DNA of 64,000 nucleotides from Anaerolineales bacterium (GCA_016928575.1 JAFGKK010000002.1:65519-129518); one strand, 5' to 3'; shown: positions 1 through 15,252, numbered from the stretch's first letter. Notes: generated from the sequence alone by a model not told the origin. A program made the numbers and translations.

Positions 1-268
1 CATCCGGGTCCAGGTGGAAGTGGCGGGAATGGAGAAAGCGGATTTTTCCGTGACGATGGAGGGGATGGGACTGCGGATCTCCGGCTGCCGGAAGGCTTCC
101 GCGGAACGCAGGATCTACCACCAGATGGAGATCCATACCGGGGAATTCCTGACCGAGGTGGAACTGCCGGTGAGGGTCGAGCCGGATTTCATCCAGGCGG
201 ATTACCACGACGGATTCTTGATCGTCGAATTGCGTAAAACCCGAACCCCGCCGGACAACGCCGCCTGA
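1..268 (+). CDS. Hsp20/alpha-crystallin family small heat-shock protein, C-terminal part (gene starts upstream of window)
   Basis: The frame is open from nt 2. Translation ..[45 protein letters not shown] follows the alpha-crystallin-domain pattern. Stop TGA at 266-268. Confidence 0.75.
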   Translation, partial: IRVQVEVAGMEKADFSVTMEGMGLRISGCRKASAERRIYHQMEIHTGEFLTEVELPVRVEPDFIQADYHDGFLIVELRKTRTPPDNAA

Positions 269-299
269 CGGGACCGGACCGAAAGAAAGAACATTGCCC

Positions 300-2927
300 A
301 TGCCGGCCTCCCGGTGGACGAACTCCACGGAAGAATTGATCGAAGGAATCGCCGAAGCCCCGCTTCCGGCGGACATCGCACTGCCGTCGATCACCACCCA
401 GATCCAGGAACCGGCCGAAGCCGAGGCGGTTCCCAAACCGGAAGGGGGAGAAGCGGAATTCCACATTCCCGATTCGCTGCCCATCCTGCCCCTGCGCGGC
501 GTCGTGGTCTACCCGCAGACGGTCGTGCCGCTGACGGTCGGTCAGCCGCGGTCGATCCGCCTGGTGGACGACGCCACCGTGGGCGAGAAGATCATCGGCC
601 TGGTCACCTCCAAGGATCCGGAGCTCGCCTCCCCCGGCCCGAACGATTTGTTCCCGATCGGGACGGCGGCGATCGTCCACCGCCTGTTCCGCGCTCCGGA
701 CGGCACCATCCGAATCGTGGTCCAGGGGCTGTCCCGCATTCGGGTCCTCGAGTACGTCGCGGAGGAGCCGTACCTGAAGGCCCGCGTGGAGCTGGCGCCG
801 GAAACGGTGGACACCGGGCTGGAGGTGGAAGCCCTTTCGCGCAACGTCCGGGACCAGTTCGCCAAGATCGCCGAGCTGATTCCCTCCGTGCCGCGCGAGC
901 TGGTGACCACCATCGTCAGCCTCGAGGATCCGCTTCAGGTGGCCTACACCATTTCCAACTACCAGCGGATGGACCTGGATCAGGGGCAGAAGATCCTCGA
1001 GATGGATTCGGCCGCCGCGAAGCTGAAACTGCTCGTCGGCCTCCTGACCAAAGAGCTGGACGTGCTCCAGCTCGGGGCGAAGATCCAGGAGGAAGCCCGC
1101 TCCGAGATCGAGAAGGTCCAGCGCCAATATTTCCTGCGCGAGCAGATGAAGGCGATCCAGAAGGAATTGGGGGAAACCGACGAGCAGGCCGCCGAGGTCG
1201 CGGAACTGCGCGCCAAGGCCGAGGCCGCCGGCTTGCCCGAGGAAGCGGCCGAACAGGCCAAGCGCGAGCTCGAGCGGCTGGCGAAACTGCCGACGGCCAT
1301 GGCCGAGTACGGCGTCATCCGCACTTACCTGGATTGGCTGATCGCACTGCCGTGGAACAAAGTGACGGAAGACGACCTCGACGTAGCCCACGCGCGGCGG
1401 GTGCTCGACGAGGACCATTACGCGCTGGACGACGTAAAGAAGCGGATCCTGGAATACTTGGCGGTGCGCAAGCTGAGGCTGGAACGGAAGGGGGAGATGC
1501 CTTCGGGGTTGCGACCGGGGGACGCCATCCGCCGCGAGCGCGAAGGGGCGATCATGTGCTTCATCGGCCCGCCGGGGGTGGGCAAAACCTCGCTTGGCCG
1601 TTCGATCGCGCGCGCCATGGAGCGCAAGTTCGTCCGCATCTCGCTCGGCGGAGTACACGACGAGGCCGAGATCCGCGGCCACCGGCGGACCTACATCGGC
1701 TCGATGCCGGGGCGGATCCTCCAGGCCCTGCGGCGGGTGGAGAGCCGCAATCCGGTGTTCATGCTCGACGAGGTCGACAAGCTCAGCTCGGATTTCCGCG
1801 GGGATCCGGCGGCGGCGCTGCTCGAGGTGCTGGATCCGGAGCAGAACCGCGAGTTCCGCGACAATTACCTGGAGGTGGCCTTCGACCTCTCGCAGGTGCT
1901 GTTCATCACCACCGCCAACCAGATCGAAACCATCCCCGGGCCGCTGTTGGACCGGATGGAAGTGATCGCGATCCTTTCCTACACCGAGCGCGAGAAAATC
2001 GAAATCGCCAAGCACTACCTCATCCCGCGCCAGCTGCGCGAGAACAGCGTCCGCGAAGGGGAGGTGGAATTCGGGGAGGACGGCCTGCGGACCCTGATCC
2101 GCCACTACACCCACGAAGCGGGGGTGCGCAGCCTCGAGCGCGAGATCGGCTCCATCTGCCGCAAGGTGGCCACCGCCGTGGCCGAGGGCAAGGCGATGCG
2201 CGAAAAGATCACCGCCGAAAAGGTGGCGGAGTACCTCGGCCCGAGCCGGTTCTTCAACGCCGAGGAGGTCCAGGAACGGACCTCGATTCCCGGGGTGGCG
2301 ACGGCTCTGGCCTGGACCCCCGTCGGCGGGGACCTGCTCTTCATCGAGGCGACTCAGATGCCGGGCAAGCGCGGATTCCAGCTGACCGGCTCGCTGGGGC
2401 AGGTGATGCAGGAATCCGCCCACGCCGCGCTTTCCTACGTGCGCTCCAAGTCGAAATCCCTGAACCTGCCGGCCGATTTCTTCGACACCCACGACATCCA
2501 CCTGCACATCCCCGGCGGCGCCCAGCCCAAAGACGGGCCGTCGGCCGGGATCACCATCGCCACCGCGCTGGTGTCGCTGATGGCGGGCCGGCCCGTGCGT
2601 TCGGATATCGGCATGACCGGCGAGATCACCCTGCGCGGGAAGGTGCTGCCGATCGGCGGGGTGAAGGAGAAGGTGCTGGCCGCCCACCGCGCCCGGCTGA
2701 AGACGGTCATCCTTCCGCGCCGGAACGAAAAGGACCTTAAGGGCATCCCGGACGACGTCCGCAAGGAGATGATGTTCGTCTTCGTAGATACGGTCGACGA
2801 AGTCCTCCGCCAGGCCCTCTCGCCCGAATCCGGAAACGGAAGGCGGGCCGGTTCCGCGGCCAAAAGGCGGATTCCGGGGAAGGGGCGGAAAAACGGCGCC
2901 CGGCGGGCGAGCGGCGGGAAGCGCTGA
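300..2927 (+). CDS. lon: ATP-dependent Lon protease (LonA type)
   Basis: Lon N-terminal domain [35 protein letters not shown]+ Walker [16 protein letters not shown] and Walker [10 protein letters not shown]. Protease serine context [19 protein letters not shown] at 300 is preferred over TTG at 294. Basic Arg/Lys/Gly-rich C-terminal tail. Confidence 0.95.
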   Translation: MPASRWTNSTEELIEGIAEAPLPADIALPSITTQIQEPAEAEAVPKPEGGEAEFHIPDSLPILPLRGVVVYPQTVVPLTVGQPRSIRLVDDATVGEKIIGLVTSKDPELASPGPNDLFPIGTAAIVHRLFRAPDGTIRIVVQGLSRIRVLEYVAEEPYLKARVELAPETVDTGLEVEALSRNVRDQFAKIAELIPSVPRELVTTIVSLEDPLQVAYTISNYQRMDLDQGQKILEMDSAAAKLKLLVGLLTKELDVLQLGAKIQEEARSEIEKVQRQYFLREQMKAIQKELGETDEQAAEVAELRAKAEAAGLPEEAAEQAKRELERLAKLPTAMAEYGVIRTYLDWLIALPWNKVTEDDLDVAHARRVLDEDHYALDDVKKRILEYLAVRKLRLERKGEMPSGLRPGDAIRREREGAIMCFIGPPGVGKTSLGRSIARAMERKFVRISLGGVHDEAEIRGHRRTYIGSMPGRILQALRRVESRNPVFMLDEVDKLSSDFRGDPAAALLEVLDPEQNREFRDNYLEVAFDLSQVLFITTANQIETIPGPLLDRMEVIAILSYTEREKIEIAKHYLIPRQLRENSVREGEVEFGEDGLRTLIRHYTHEAGVRSLEREIGSICRKVATAVAEGKAMREKITAEKVAEYLGPSRFFNAEEVQERTSIPGVATALAWTPVGGDLLFIEATQMPGKRGFQLTGSLGQVMQESAHAALSYVRSKSKSLNLPADFFDTHDIHLHIPGGAQPKDGPSAGITIATALVSLMAGRPVRSDIGMTGEITLRGKVLPIGGVKEKVLAAHRARLKTVILPRRNEKDLKGIPDDVRKEMMFVFVDTVDEVLRQALSPESGNGRRAGSAAKRRIPGKGRKNGARRASGGKR

Positions 2928-2987
2928 AGGCTTCCCCTTCCGACCGGGAGCAGGCGGACAGCATTCGGGCGGATTTGGAGGAACGGA

Positions 2988-3413
2988 ATGCCGAAAATAT
3001 TGTTGTTGGAAGACGACCGCGATATGACCATGCTCCTGCAAACCCTGCTGGAGATCGAGGGATACGCGGTGCGGTCGTACGACGCCAAACGCCCCGCCGC
3101 GGCGCAGGTCGAAGAAGAAAACCCCGACCTCGTCCTGCTGGACGTGCATCTCGGCGGCAAGGACGGGGTGGAAATTCTGCGCGAGATCCGGCAAAATCCG
3201 AACCTGAACGATGTACGGGTGGTGATGACCTCCGGGATCAACCTGACCGAGGAGTGCCTGCAGGCCGGCGCCAACGCCTTCATCGTCAAGCCGTACATGC
3301 CGGAAAATCTTCTACGCCTGCTCGCGGCGGTGCTTGCCGCGCCGGCCGACCGGATTCACCGGGAGGAGAGCCCGAAACCGCCCTCCTCCGCATCCTTTCA
3401 GAGATTCCTCTAG
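2988..3413 (+). CDS. Stand-alone response-regulator receiver domain protein (CheY-like)
   Basis: 141 aa with receiver motifs ILLLEDD, DLVLLDVHLGGKDG, VVMTSG and KPY. No output domain. GGAGGA lies 6 nt upstream of the ATG. Confidence 0.85.
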   Translation: MPKILLLEDDRDMTMLLQTLLEIEGYAVRSYDAKRPAAAQVEEENPDLVLLDVHLGGKDGVEILREIRQNPNLNDVRVVMTSGINLTEECLQAGANAFIVKPYMPENLLRLLAAVLAAPADRIHREESPKPPSSASFQRFL

Positions 3414-3419
3414 AGAGCC

Positions 3420-5150
3420 ATGAGCCGAAAAAACCGCCAGTGGTACACCGTTGACCTGCATTTGCACACCCCCGCCTCGTCGGATTACCAGGAGCCGGGG
3501 GTGGACATGCTCGACATCCTCCGCCGCGCCGAGGCGCGCGGCCTTTCGGCGATCGCCGTCACCGACCACAACACCGTCGCCGGCTACCGCCGGATGCGCG
3601 AGGAGATCGTCTTCCTGGAAACGCTCGAAAAGGGCGGGCGGCTGACGGCCGAGGAGCGGGCGCGGCTGGAGGAATTCCGCCGCTTGCTGGGGAAGCTGGT
3701 CGTCTTTCCGGGGTTCGAGTTCACCGCCACGTTCGGGTTCCACATCCTCGGCGTGTTCCCGCCGGAAAAGAACGTGCGCGAGATCGAGCACATCCTGCTC
3801 GACCTGAACATCCCCTCCGACCGGATCGACCTCGGATCCGTGACGGTGGGCGCCTCGGCCGACGTGCTGACCGCCTACCGCAAGATCGATGAAGCCGGCG
3901 GACTGGCGATCGCCGCCCACGCCAACAGCACCAACGGCGTGGCGATGCGCGGATTCGATTTCGGCGGCCAGACCAAAATCGCCTACACCCAGGATCCGCA
4001 CCTGCACGCCCTGGAGGTGACCGACATGGAACAGCGCGGCCGGCGCTCGACCGCCGCCTTCTTCAACGGCGCCAAGCCGGAATACCCGCGGCGGATGCAC
4101 TGCATCCAGGGATCCGACGCCCACCGCCTGAGGACGGACCCCGCCAACCGTAAAAACCTGGGGGTGGGGGACCGGACCACCGACGTGCTGCTGCCGGAGC
4201 TTTCTTTCTCCGCCCTGCGCGACCTGTTCCTGGGCAACGATTTTTCGCGCACCCGGGCCCACCGGGCTTCCAAAGAAGAGGAGACGGAGGCCTTCGATTT
4301 CATCCAGAACGCGCGCGAGGAAGGCCCGACCATCGTCCAGGACTTCCACGAGAGCATGGCGGAAAAAGGCGGCAAACTCTACGAGGTGATCGCCAACGTG
4401 TGCGCCTTCGCCAACACCAATGGCGGGACTCTGTTCGTTGGCGCGCGGGCGGATCCGAAGGCGCCTCCGGCGGGGGTCCCCGACGCGGCCAGAGCGACGG
4501 CGATGCTCGAGCGCGAGATCGGGCGCAGGATCACGCCGGCCCTGCCGGTGACGGTCGACGTCCAGGAATCGCGCGGAAAGCACATCATCCGGGTCATGGT
4601 TCCGCGCGGGGAGGATCCGCCCTACGCCGTGGAGGGCAGCAAGATCTACGTCCGCAACGAAGATGAAACCGGCCTGGCGGTGCGGGACGAGATCGTCACG
4701 CTGGTGGGGCGCAAAGCGCGGGCGCAGGCGCCGCCGCCGGCCGAGGCCCCCGCCGCGCCGACATCGGCCGAACCGGCCGCGGTTCCCGCAAGCGAGCAGG
4801 AAATCGCCGCCCCGCGGACCGGGGTGGAGGTGGTCTCGTTCGAGGAGCGCGACGGCGTGCGCTACTACACCGTGCGAGACCTGCGCAACGGCAGCATGGT
4901 GAAGAACGTCACCCTGGCCTCCTCGCGGCGGCTGTGGCATTACGCACTGGAAGAGCACGCCAAGCTCCCGGCCCCGGAAACCTTCGGCTGGCAGGGCGAC
5001 CTGGCACTGCTCAAGAAGCGCACGCGGCGGGGGGATGAGAGCTACGACCTGGTCCAGCGCACCCCGAAGGGCATCCGCTATTATTTCGGCGTCAGCGAGG
5101 ACGGGATCCACGGCGAGTGGAAGCGGCTGGTGGGCGCGGAAGAAGAGTAG
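3420..5150 (+). CDS. PHP-domain phosphoesterase fused to an AlbA_2/Schlafen-like putative DNA-binding module
   Basis: 576 aa. N-terminal PHP metal-site signature [26 protein letters not shown]. The central segment [23 protein letters not shown] resembles the AlbA_2 (divergent AAA/Schlafen-type) domain. The C-terminal ~110 aa are unassigned. Confidence 0.6.
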   Translation: MSRKNRQWYTVDLHLHTPASSDYQEPGVDMLDILRRAEARGLSAIAVTDHNTVAGYRRMREEIVFLETLEKGGRLTAEERARLEEFRRLLGKLVVFPGFEFTATFGFHILGVFPPEKNVREIEHILLDLNIPSDRIDLGSVTVGASADVLTAYRKIDEAGGLAIAAHANSTNGVAMRGFDFGGQTKIAYTQDPHLHALEVTDMEQRGRRSTAAFFNGAKPEYPRRMHCIQGSDAHRLRTDPANRKNLGVGDRTTDVLLPELSFSALRDLFLGNDFSRTRAHRASKEEETEAFDFIQNAREEGPTIVQDFHESMAEKGGKLYEVIANVCAFANTNGGTLFVGARADPKAPPAGVPDAARATAMLEREIGRRITPALPVTVDVQESRGKHIIRVMVPRGEDPPYAVEGSKIYVRNEDETGLAVRDEIVTLVGRKARAQAPPPAEAPAAPTSAEPAAVPASEQEIAAPRTGVEVVSFEERDGVRYYTVRDLRNGSMVKNVTLASSRRLWHYALEEHAKLPAPETFGWQGDLALLKKRTRRGDESYDLVQRTPKGIRYYFGVSEDGIHGEWKRLVGAEEE

Positions 5151-5164
5151 AAAAATCGGACGAT

Positions 5165-5199
5165 GGACCTTGGACCAAGGACCAAGGACCATGGACCAT
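5165..5199. repeat. Heptanucleotide tandem repeat (GGACCWW) x5
   Basis: ggacctt ggaccaa ggaccaa ggaccat ggaccat, read directly. It starts 15 nt after the PHP-gene stop. It creates CCWWGG palindromes every 7 nt. Confidence 0.9.
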
Positions 5200-5357
5200 A
5201 GACTATAGAAGATCAACTTATCCTTGCGTGATCGGTTGTTGTTTTCCCGCTCTTACAGACTGCGCGTTTTATGCCACGTCGTCCCCGCGTTATCCTGGCG
5301 GGAACATCCCCGCACCAGACCCATCCAAGTCCATTTAAGTAGTATGGCGGATCCGAA

Positions 5358-6011
5358 TTGACCGACGGTTCTCCGGGATCGGGCGTGGACCGGATCGAGT
5401 ACCGCCAAAACGGTTCGGAGGAATGGATTTTATTCACCGATGACATCCTGCTCAACTCCTCTGGATATCATGCGCTGCAATTTCGGCCCATCGACAAAGC
5501 CGGCAACATAAATGAAAGCGATCTGCTTGAAATTTGGGTGGATCTTGAATCGCCGATTAGCTCGGCCGCCGTTACGGGGGAACAGGTATCCGAAAGCCAA
5601 TACGCTCCCGGTGCGCTGGTGGAGGTGACTGTCGAGAACCCGCCGCTCACCGATGGCAATCCGGGCTCTGGATTGAAATACATCGAGTTCAGCTTGGATG
5701 CGGAAAACAACTGGCAGGCATATACCGATCCCATCATGCTTGACCAATCCGGCCCGCATACCGTCTTCTTCCGCGCAATGGATTTGGCCGACAATGTCGG
5801 AGCGACACAACAGATCGAGGTCGAAATCGTTGCGGACGTCGAACCGCCGACGATGGAGGTATTCGCCGATCCTATGGAACTCAGGCCGCCGAACAGCAAG
5901 CCTGTTCCGGTGCGGATCTTCGGCACGGCCTTTGATACGGGAAGCGGCATCCAAAGCATCCATATCGAGGTGATTGACGAATACGGCGAATGCCAAACGG
6001 TCGTTCAATAA
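5358..6011 (+). CDS. Ig-like/OmpL47-type repeat protein, probable orphan fragment of a larger surface protein
   Basis: Two ~95-aa internal repeats (GSPGSGVDRIEYRQNGSEEW..HALQFRPIDKAGN and GNPGSGLKYIEFSLDAENNW..HTVFFRAMDLADN). It has only a TTG start, no signal peptide and no RBS. It is visibly AT-richer than the flanks. Confidence 0.45.
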   Translation: MTDGSPGSGVDRIEYRQNGSEEWILFTDDILLNSSGYHALQFRPIDKAGNINESDLLEIWVDLESPISSAAVTGEQVSESQYAPGALVEVTVENPPLTDGNPGSGLKYIEFSLDAENNWQAYTDPIMLDQSGPHTVFFRAMDLADNVGATQQIEVEIVADVEPPTMEVFADPMELRPPNSKPVPVRIFGTAFDTGSGIQSIHIEVIDEYGECQTVVQ

Positions 6012-6015
6012 TTTT

Positions 6016-6051
6016 ACCGGGGCGGTTTCAAGGACCGTCCCGGTCTTTTTT
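6016..6051 (+). terminator. Rho-independent terminator candidate
   Basis: 10-bp stem accggggcgg/ccgtcccggt (one G-U pair), 9-nt loop, then cTTTTTT. It begins 5 nt after the stop at 6011. Confidence 0.6.
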
Positions 6052-6195
6052 CATCAACGGGGAGGGGGCAATCAACATTCGAAACCCCAGAGTGTTTAGG
6101 AAGGGTGGGGGCTGGGCTGATGCTTGAAGATATCCGCCGATGGATTTCTGGATGCCCGCCAAATGCATGCGGGCATGACGATCATTTTTTCTTGC

Positions 6196-7818
6196 TTATG
6201 CCAGGTATGGAAAGAGGGAGCGCCAGTCCTTTCCGGAATTCGGATCCAACGCGATAAATCCGGAGAGAAGTTGGCCGCTTGTTGCGCCGTCCCTTGGAAG
6301 GAAAATCGATTGCGGGCTGACCTGCCAGCCGGTCAGGGGCGTGGGGGAAAGGTCCGGCGGAAGCCAGGCCGGTTGGAGCGCATACACCTGCTCCAATCCG
6401 GCGAGGAAATTCCACTCTCCGGCCCCGTCCAGGATGACCACGTCGAACCGTTGCGAGAGGACGGCTGCGGTGATCTCGTCCAGAAGGATTTTCTTGCCGC
6501 GGTTGGGCGCATCGCCGCGCAGGACGTCCCACAGCGCGGCTTGATGGGCGAGCGCCGGCTTGCCGGCCAGGACGGCGTACCCGGTATGGTAGGGAACGTA
6601 CACCTCGCCGGGGAATTCGGCCAGGTACTCGACGAACGCCGCTCCGCTTTGGAGGTTTTGCTGCGTGGGAAGCTGATCCGCCGGGGAATAGCGGAGGTGG
6701 TAGAGCTGATACAGGGCGGCGGCGGTCAGCAGAATGCTGGCGGCGTCGCGCAGGAACTCCGGCCGCTTCCACAACGCGGCCGCGATTCGGTCCCAGCCGA
6801 TTCCGAGCAAGATGCCGATCACGGCCACCGAGGGCAGGAGGACGTTGTCGAACCCGCCGGCTTTGATCCGCGCCAGGAAGGAGCTCAACAGCGCGCCGGC
6901 CAGCAGCGCCAGCCATTGCCAGAATTCCTTCCGGCGCTCGCGGAGGATGAGGACCAGCCCGGCCGCGCCGATGCTGAGCGAAACGAAGTAGTGCCGCAGG
7001 ATGTTGGTCGTCCAAAAGCCGAGGGCCACCTCGCCGCCGAGCCAATCCGCCTGCGCCCCGAGGATTTCGACGGTGTAAAAGGAATACCAACCGTCGCTGG
7101 CGGCATGGAGGATGCCGGTGACCACGACCAGCGGCGCCAGAAAGCCCGCCAGCATCCAAGCGGATCGGCGGCGGTATTGCGCCATGTGGACGAGGAAAAA
7201 CGGCAGGACGGCGACTGTCATTGATTGCTTGGCGAGCACCATCAAGGCCGCGATGCCGCCCGCCGCAACCCACCGGAACCGGTTTGCGGATTGTGGAAGC
7301 GCCCAGCAGAACAGCACCAACAGCGCGATGGACAGCGAATCCACCCTGCCCACGTCAAGCCAGGCGCCGGTGATGCGGTAAGAGGCGGCCAAGAGCCCGG
7401 CGGCCAGCGCGGCGGCGACGAGGTTGCGGTTGCGCCGGAAGACGAGCGCAAACGTTCCGGCCATCGCGGCCAGCGAGGAGAGGACGGATACCAGGCGCAG
7501 GGAAAAAAGGCTGTCCCCGAAAATGCGGGCCGCGGATGCGGAAAGGTAGAAGTAGAGCGGGGTGTAGATGAAGGGGGTGAATTCGATCGACGGCGGGCCG
7601 TAGACGGTCTGCTCGGCGAGGATCCGGCTCACCTGTCCGGCGAACCCGCCTTCGATCCATTCCAATTCGTACGGATAGCCCATCCGCGCCGCGGCGAGGC
7701 ACAGGTAGACGGCCAAATATCCGCAGACCGCCGCCAGCGCCAGCGCGGTCAGGCCGAGGAGCAGGACGCGGATGGCGGCCCTGGCGCGAAACAGAACATC
7801 CAGTATGGTTTGGATCAT
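6196..7818 (-). CDS. Polytopic GT-C-fold glycosyltransferase (family 39/ArnT/PMT-like)
   Basis: About 12 hydrophobic segments, an early loop motif YPYELEWIEGG, and a soluble C-terminal domain. The start is moved to ATG 7818 (MIQTILDV..) because the upstream 53 codons are Arg/Gly-rich and non-protein-like. Confidence 0.65.
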   Translation of the reverse strand: MIQTILDVLFRARAAIRVLLLGLTALALAAVCGYLAVYLCLAAARMGYPYELEWIEGGFAGQVSRILAEQTVYGPPSIEFTPFIYTPLYFYLSASAARIFGDSLFSLRLVSVLSSLAAMAGTFALVFRRNRNLVAAALAAGLLAASYRITGAWLDVGRVDSLSIALLVLFCWALPQSANRFRWVAAGGIAALMVLAKQSMTVAVLPFFLVHMAQYRRRSAWMLAGFLAPLVVVTGILHAASDGWYSFYTVEILGAQADWLGGEVALGFWTTNILRHYFVSLSIGAAGLVLILRERRKEFWQWLALLAGALLSSFLARIKAGGFDNVLLPSVAVIGILLGIGWDRIAAALWKRPEFLRDAASILLTAAALYQLYHLRYSPADQLPTQQNLQSGAAFVEYLAEFPGEVYVPYHTGYAVLAGKPALAHQAALWDVLRGDAPNRGKKILLDEITAAVLSQRFDVVILDGAGEWNFLAGLEQVYALQPAWLPPDLSPTPLTGWQVSPQSIFLPRDGATSGQLLSGFIALDPNSGKDWRSLFPYLA

Positions 7819-7932
7819 GGGTTGCTTTTTTCTGCCGCGAGAAATTATAACATCCGGGGATCCGTGGAGTGCACGGAATAGAAAAACGATTGTACGGATG
7901 CAACCGCTTTTCCTGGCCCCGCATCCCTTCCT

Positions 7933-7971
7933 CCCGTCACTGTCCCGCGCTCCACGCGGGACAGTGACGGG
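7933..7971. repeat. Perfect 17-bp inverted repeat (hairpin, 5-nt loop)
   Basis: cccgtcactgtcccgcg ctcca cgcgggacagtgacggg, located between the DUF4349-like gene and the glycosyltransferase gene. No U-tract on either strand. Confidence 0.85.
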
Positions 7972-8114
7972 ATTCATTCTCCCAGCCTCACCTCAGTGGA
8001 CGGAGGATTGCGATACTCCGAGTCTGTCGGCTGGGAGTGATGGGCTGGGAGAAGGTGCCCGGACCCGTCCCGGAGCGGAGCGACGGGAGGGCGGAGGCGG
8101 GGAGATATCCGCGG

Positions 8115-9080
8115 TTAGGATTGGATGACCTTCCGCTTGCGGGTGGCGATCTTGTACGCCATCCAGACGATCAGCGCCGGAACCGCGAAGGGCAGCCATA
8201 CCGCCAGGTAGATGAACGCGTCCACCAGGAACTGGCCGGCCTTCACCGCCATGCCGCTTGCGCGCTGGAAGGTCGCGCCGGGATCCCAGACGTAGGGAAC
8301 GGGCTCGGGCGTCGGGGTCGGGGTCGGGGCGGCGGGGAGGGAGGGATCGAATTGCACGGTGATCGTCGAATAGGCCGCCCGTCCGGCGAGGTAGCGCATC
8401 CGGCCCTGCACCTGTTCGATCTGTTCTTCGATCGCGGCCAGTTCGTTGTTGATCCGCAGCGATTCCTCAACCGTCTGGGCTTGATCCAGGAAGCCGCGGA
8501 TGCGGTCGCGGGTGGCCTCGAGATTGTGCAGGCGGGATTCGAGGTCGACGTATTCCTCGCTCACGTCCTGGCCGCCGGCGGTCTCATCGAGAACCCGAAC
8601 GCCGAGCGAGCGGATCCGCCGCAGGGCCGTCTCGAACATGTCGACCGGCACGCCGATGGTGTAGGTGGCGTATTTGAAATTCTCCCCGCCGGCGGGCTGA
8701 TACCAGATCCGGTTGCTGATGATGTAACCGCGGGTGTCGGAGACGATCTGGGTGAAGCGGTCGATGGCTTGGTCGGTGTCCGCCACTTCCAGGCGGACTT
8801 GGGCCTGCTTGATGATCAGCGGAGACCCTCCGGCCCCGCCCGCCGGAGCGCCGCTCAAATCCGCCGCGGGGGCCGCGCTCGCCGGCAGGCGGGGGAGTCC
8901 GGCCTCGTCGGCGGCTTTTTCCCCGACCTCGCCCGGTTGGACGGCCGCATCGCCGGAATCGGAGAAGGCCTGCAAACCCGGGGAGAGAGCGTTCCGCGCG
9001 GATTTATCGGCGGCGCAACCGGCAAGCAGCGCGGGGAGAAGAAGGATGAAAACGGCGGGAAGAACACGGTGCGCGGACAT
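8115..9080 (-). CDS. DUF4349-like lipoprotein
   Basis: Lipobox LLAGC at the N-terminus. The central region ..YTIGVPVDMFETALRRIRSLG..DVSEEYVDLESRLHNLEATRDRIRGFL..ELAAIEEQIEQVQGRMRYL matches my memory of the DUF4349 coiled-coil core. C-terminal TM helices are present. Confidence 0.65.
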   Translation of the reverse strand: MSAHRVLPAVFILLLPALLAGCAADKSARNALSPGLQAFSDSGDAAVQPGEVGEKAADEAGLPRLPASAAPAADLSGAPAGGAGGSPLIIKQAQVRLEVADTDQAIDRFTQIVSDTRGYIISNRIWYQPAGGENFKYATYTIGVPVDMFETALRRIRSLGVRVLDETAGGQDVSEEYVDLESRLHNLEATRDRIRGFLDQAQTVEESLRINNELAAIEEQIEQVQGRMRYLAGRAAYSTITVQFDPSLPAAPTPTPTPEPVPYVWDPGATFQRASGMAVKAGQFLVDAFIYLAVWLPFAVPALIVWMAYKIATRKRKVIQS

Positions 9081-9156
9081 GGTTGCCTCCTGGATGCAGA
9101 TGTGGATATCCAGGAAGACGCCGTGCGCCGCGGCGAAGTTCCCGCCGCGGGAGGGG

Positions 9157-10512
9157 TCAGGCGGCCGAGCCGCCTGGAGCGGGGGGCGCGCCCAGGGACT
9201 GCGCGCGTTCGCGCATCACCTGCCGCAGATCCCGGATGTCCTTGGGGATCACGCAGACCGTCCCCACCAGAAGGACCGTGCACAGCGCCCAAGCCGAAGT
9301 GCAAATGAGCAAGATGGACGTGTGCATGGAGTAGGCGGAGGCGATGATCCCGGCCAGCGCCGGGGCGGTCGCCGCGCCGGCGTTTTCGATCAAATATTGG
9401 ACCGCGAGGGCAGTGCTGCGAACCTCCGGCACGGTCACATCGTAGACGGTCGAAACGACGTTGGGGGAGGAGAAGGGGATCACCAGGGCGGTCAGGCACA
9501 GCAAAACGAAGAAAAGCAGCTTGTCTTCGGCCGGGACCAGCATTGTCAGCCAGAGGAACACCGTGCCGGTCAGCACGCCGATCAGGCAGATGATCACCCG
9601 GCCGCGGGGCGTGCGCTTGAACAGCGAATCGCCGAGCAATCCGCCGAGGAAATACCCGCCGGCGAGGATCAGGACCGCCGGCGCCATGGTGATCAGGCGT
9701 TCGGTTTCGGTGTAGTTGCGCTCGGTCTCAAGGTAGTAGAGGAACCAGGTGGTGATCACGTTCCAGGGGAAGACGCCCACGAAGCCCTGGGCAAAGAGCA
9801 GCAGCAAACCGCGCTTGCGGAACAGGCCGAGGGCGAGCTTTTTTTCGAAATGAAACACGCCGACGTTTTCCAGCCCTTCCATCTCCGGCTCGCTTTTCCC
9901 GCGGGGCGCCTCGCGCACCCCGAAGAAGATCACGAAGGCGAGGAGGATGCCCAAGGCGCCGGTGGCGAAGAACAGGTTGCGCCAGCCGACGAGCCCGCCC
10001 AGGACGAGGGCCAGGATCATCCCCAGCAGGTATCCGAGCGGTTGGGCCAGCTGCAGGATGCCGTAGATCTTCGAACGCATGGTGGGAACGAAGTAATCGG
10101 CGATCAGGCTGTAGAGGCCGGGGTAGGAGGAGTTGTCGATGCCGGAGGCGGCCCGCGCGGCCATGAACGATGGGTAGGTCGGGGCAATTCCGCTCAACCA
10201 GGTGGTCGATCCCCAGACGAAGGAGGCGATCCCGAGCAGTTTGGCGCGGCTGAAGCGGTCGTAGAGGAATCCCCACAGCGGGTAGAGCACCGCCGCGACC
10301 AGGAGCGATCCGCTCATCACGAAGCCGATCTCCTTCTCGGTGATCCCGAAGGTGTCCATGATGGGCGAGAGCAGGGAGTTGATCATCAGCATGTCGGTTT
10401 GGTGGAGGAGCATGAAGAGGAACATCACCAGGACGATGAACCAGCGGGGATTGAGGTTTCTTTTCACGGCGTCACCTTTTCCGATGGGATTGGGATGGGC
10501 GTTGGCGGGCAC
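9157..10512 (-). CDS. MFS transporter
   Basis: 451 aa with about 12 TM segments. MFS signature-like loop LWGFLYDRFSRAKLLG between TM2 and TM3. Confidence 0.8.
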   Translation of the reverse strand: MPANAHPNPIGKGDAVKRNLNPRWFIVLVMFLFMLLHQTDMLMINSLLSPIMDTFGITEKEIGFVMSGSLLVAAVLYPLWGFLYDRFSRAKLLGIASFVWGSTTWLSGIAPTYPSFMAARAASGIDNSSYPGLYSLIADYFVPTMRSKIYGILQLAQPLGYLLGMILALVLGGLVGWRNLFFATGALGILLAFVIFFGVREAPRGKSEPEMEGLENVGVFHFEKKLALGLFRKRGLLLLFAQGFVGVFPWNVITTWFLYYLETERNYTETERLITMAPAVLILAGGYFLGGLLGDSLFKRTPRGRVIICLIGVLTGTVFLWLTMLVPAEDKLLFFVLLCLTALVIPFSSPNVVSTVYDVTVPEVRSTALAVQYLIENAGAATAPALAGIIASAYSMHTSILLICTSAWALCTVLLVGTVCVIPKDIRDLRQVMRERAQSLGAPPAPGGSAA

Positions 10513-10881
10513 GGTATGAGTATAGCAGGGTGTGGATTAGGCGCGGCAAGTTTTCCGCGGGCTCCGCCCCGGCCCGCGCCTTGCGAGGGTTGGATAGACC
10601 GCGGCGAGGTTGGGGAAGCGAAGCGTCCCCGGCCCGGTGGGTTTGCCGGAACGGGCTTCGCTTCTCCGGTCGCCCCCGCTCCGCGAGGAGATCCAGGCGA
10701 TGAAATTGTATGCGGCTTTTTTCGGCACTCAGACTGGGTCAAGAAATCCACCGGGGGCATTTTTCTTTCGCCTAGCCGGCCTTAAGGCCGAGTCGGTCTT
10801 AAGCCCGACTCGGGCTGTACGATCCCGAAATGGAAGAAAACCCTTTGAAAATGGATATTTTGGATGGGTTTTGGCCTATCC

Positions 10882-10910
10882 TTGACCAATTCCAGGCGGA
10901 TGGATATAAT
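10882..10910 (+). promoter_or_regulatory. Near-consensus sigma-70-type promoter upstream of rpoC
   Basis: TTGACC (10882-10887), a 17-nt spacer, then TATAAT (10905-10910). It lies ~125 nt upstream of the rpoC start. Confidence 0.55.
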
Positions 10911-11037
10911 TTCCCCACCAAGATAAACCTCCAACCATGAGCGCGTGGGCGGTGCCCCATGCGCTTGTTTTGCCTGCGTTAACCCGGCAGGGGGTGTTCC
11001 GGGTCCAAGCCTCGGATTTCTACCCGGAGAGTGAATA

Positions 11038-15252
<4,215 letters not shown>

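Noticed and set aside
189-3194. Very long antisense or alternative-frame ORFs in GC-rich genes. Examples: 189-3194(-) opposite lon, 3312-5216(-), 8734-10785(+), 13357-15129(-), 18061-19374(+), 39127-40533(+), 46759-48510(-), 57994-59037(+).
   Set aside because: Their translations are Arg/Gly/Pro/Ala-rich and low in complexity with no motifs. Each overlaps a gene with clear family signatures on the other strand or frame. This is the expected artefact of high GC content.
10792-10816. Hairpin ccgagtcggtcttaagcccgactcgg, with the neighbouring ggccttaaggcc palindrome, as a riboswitch or attenuator in front of rpoC
   Set aside because: It lies upstream of the predicted promoter, lacks a U-tract, and matches no regulatory RNA I recognise.
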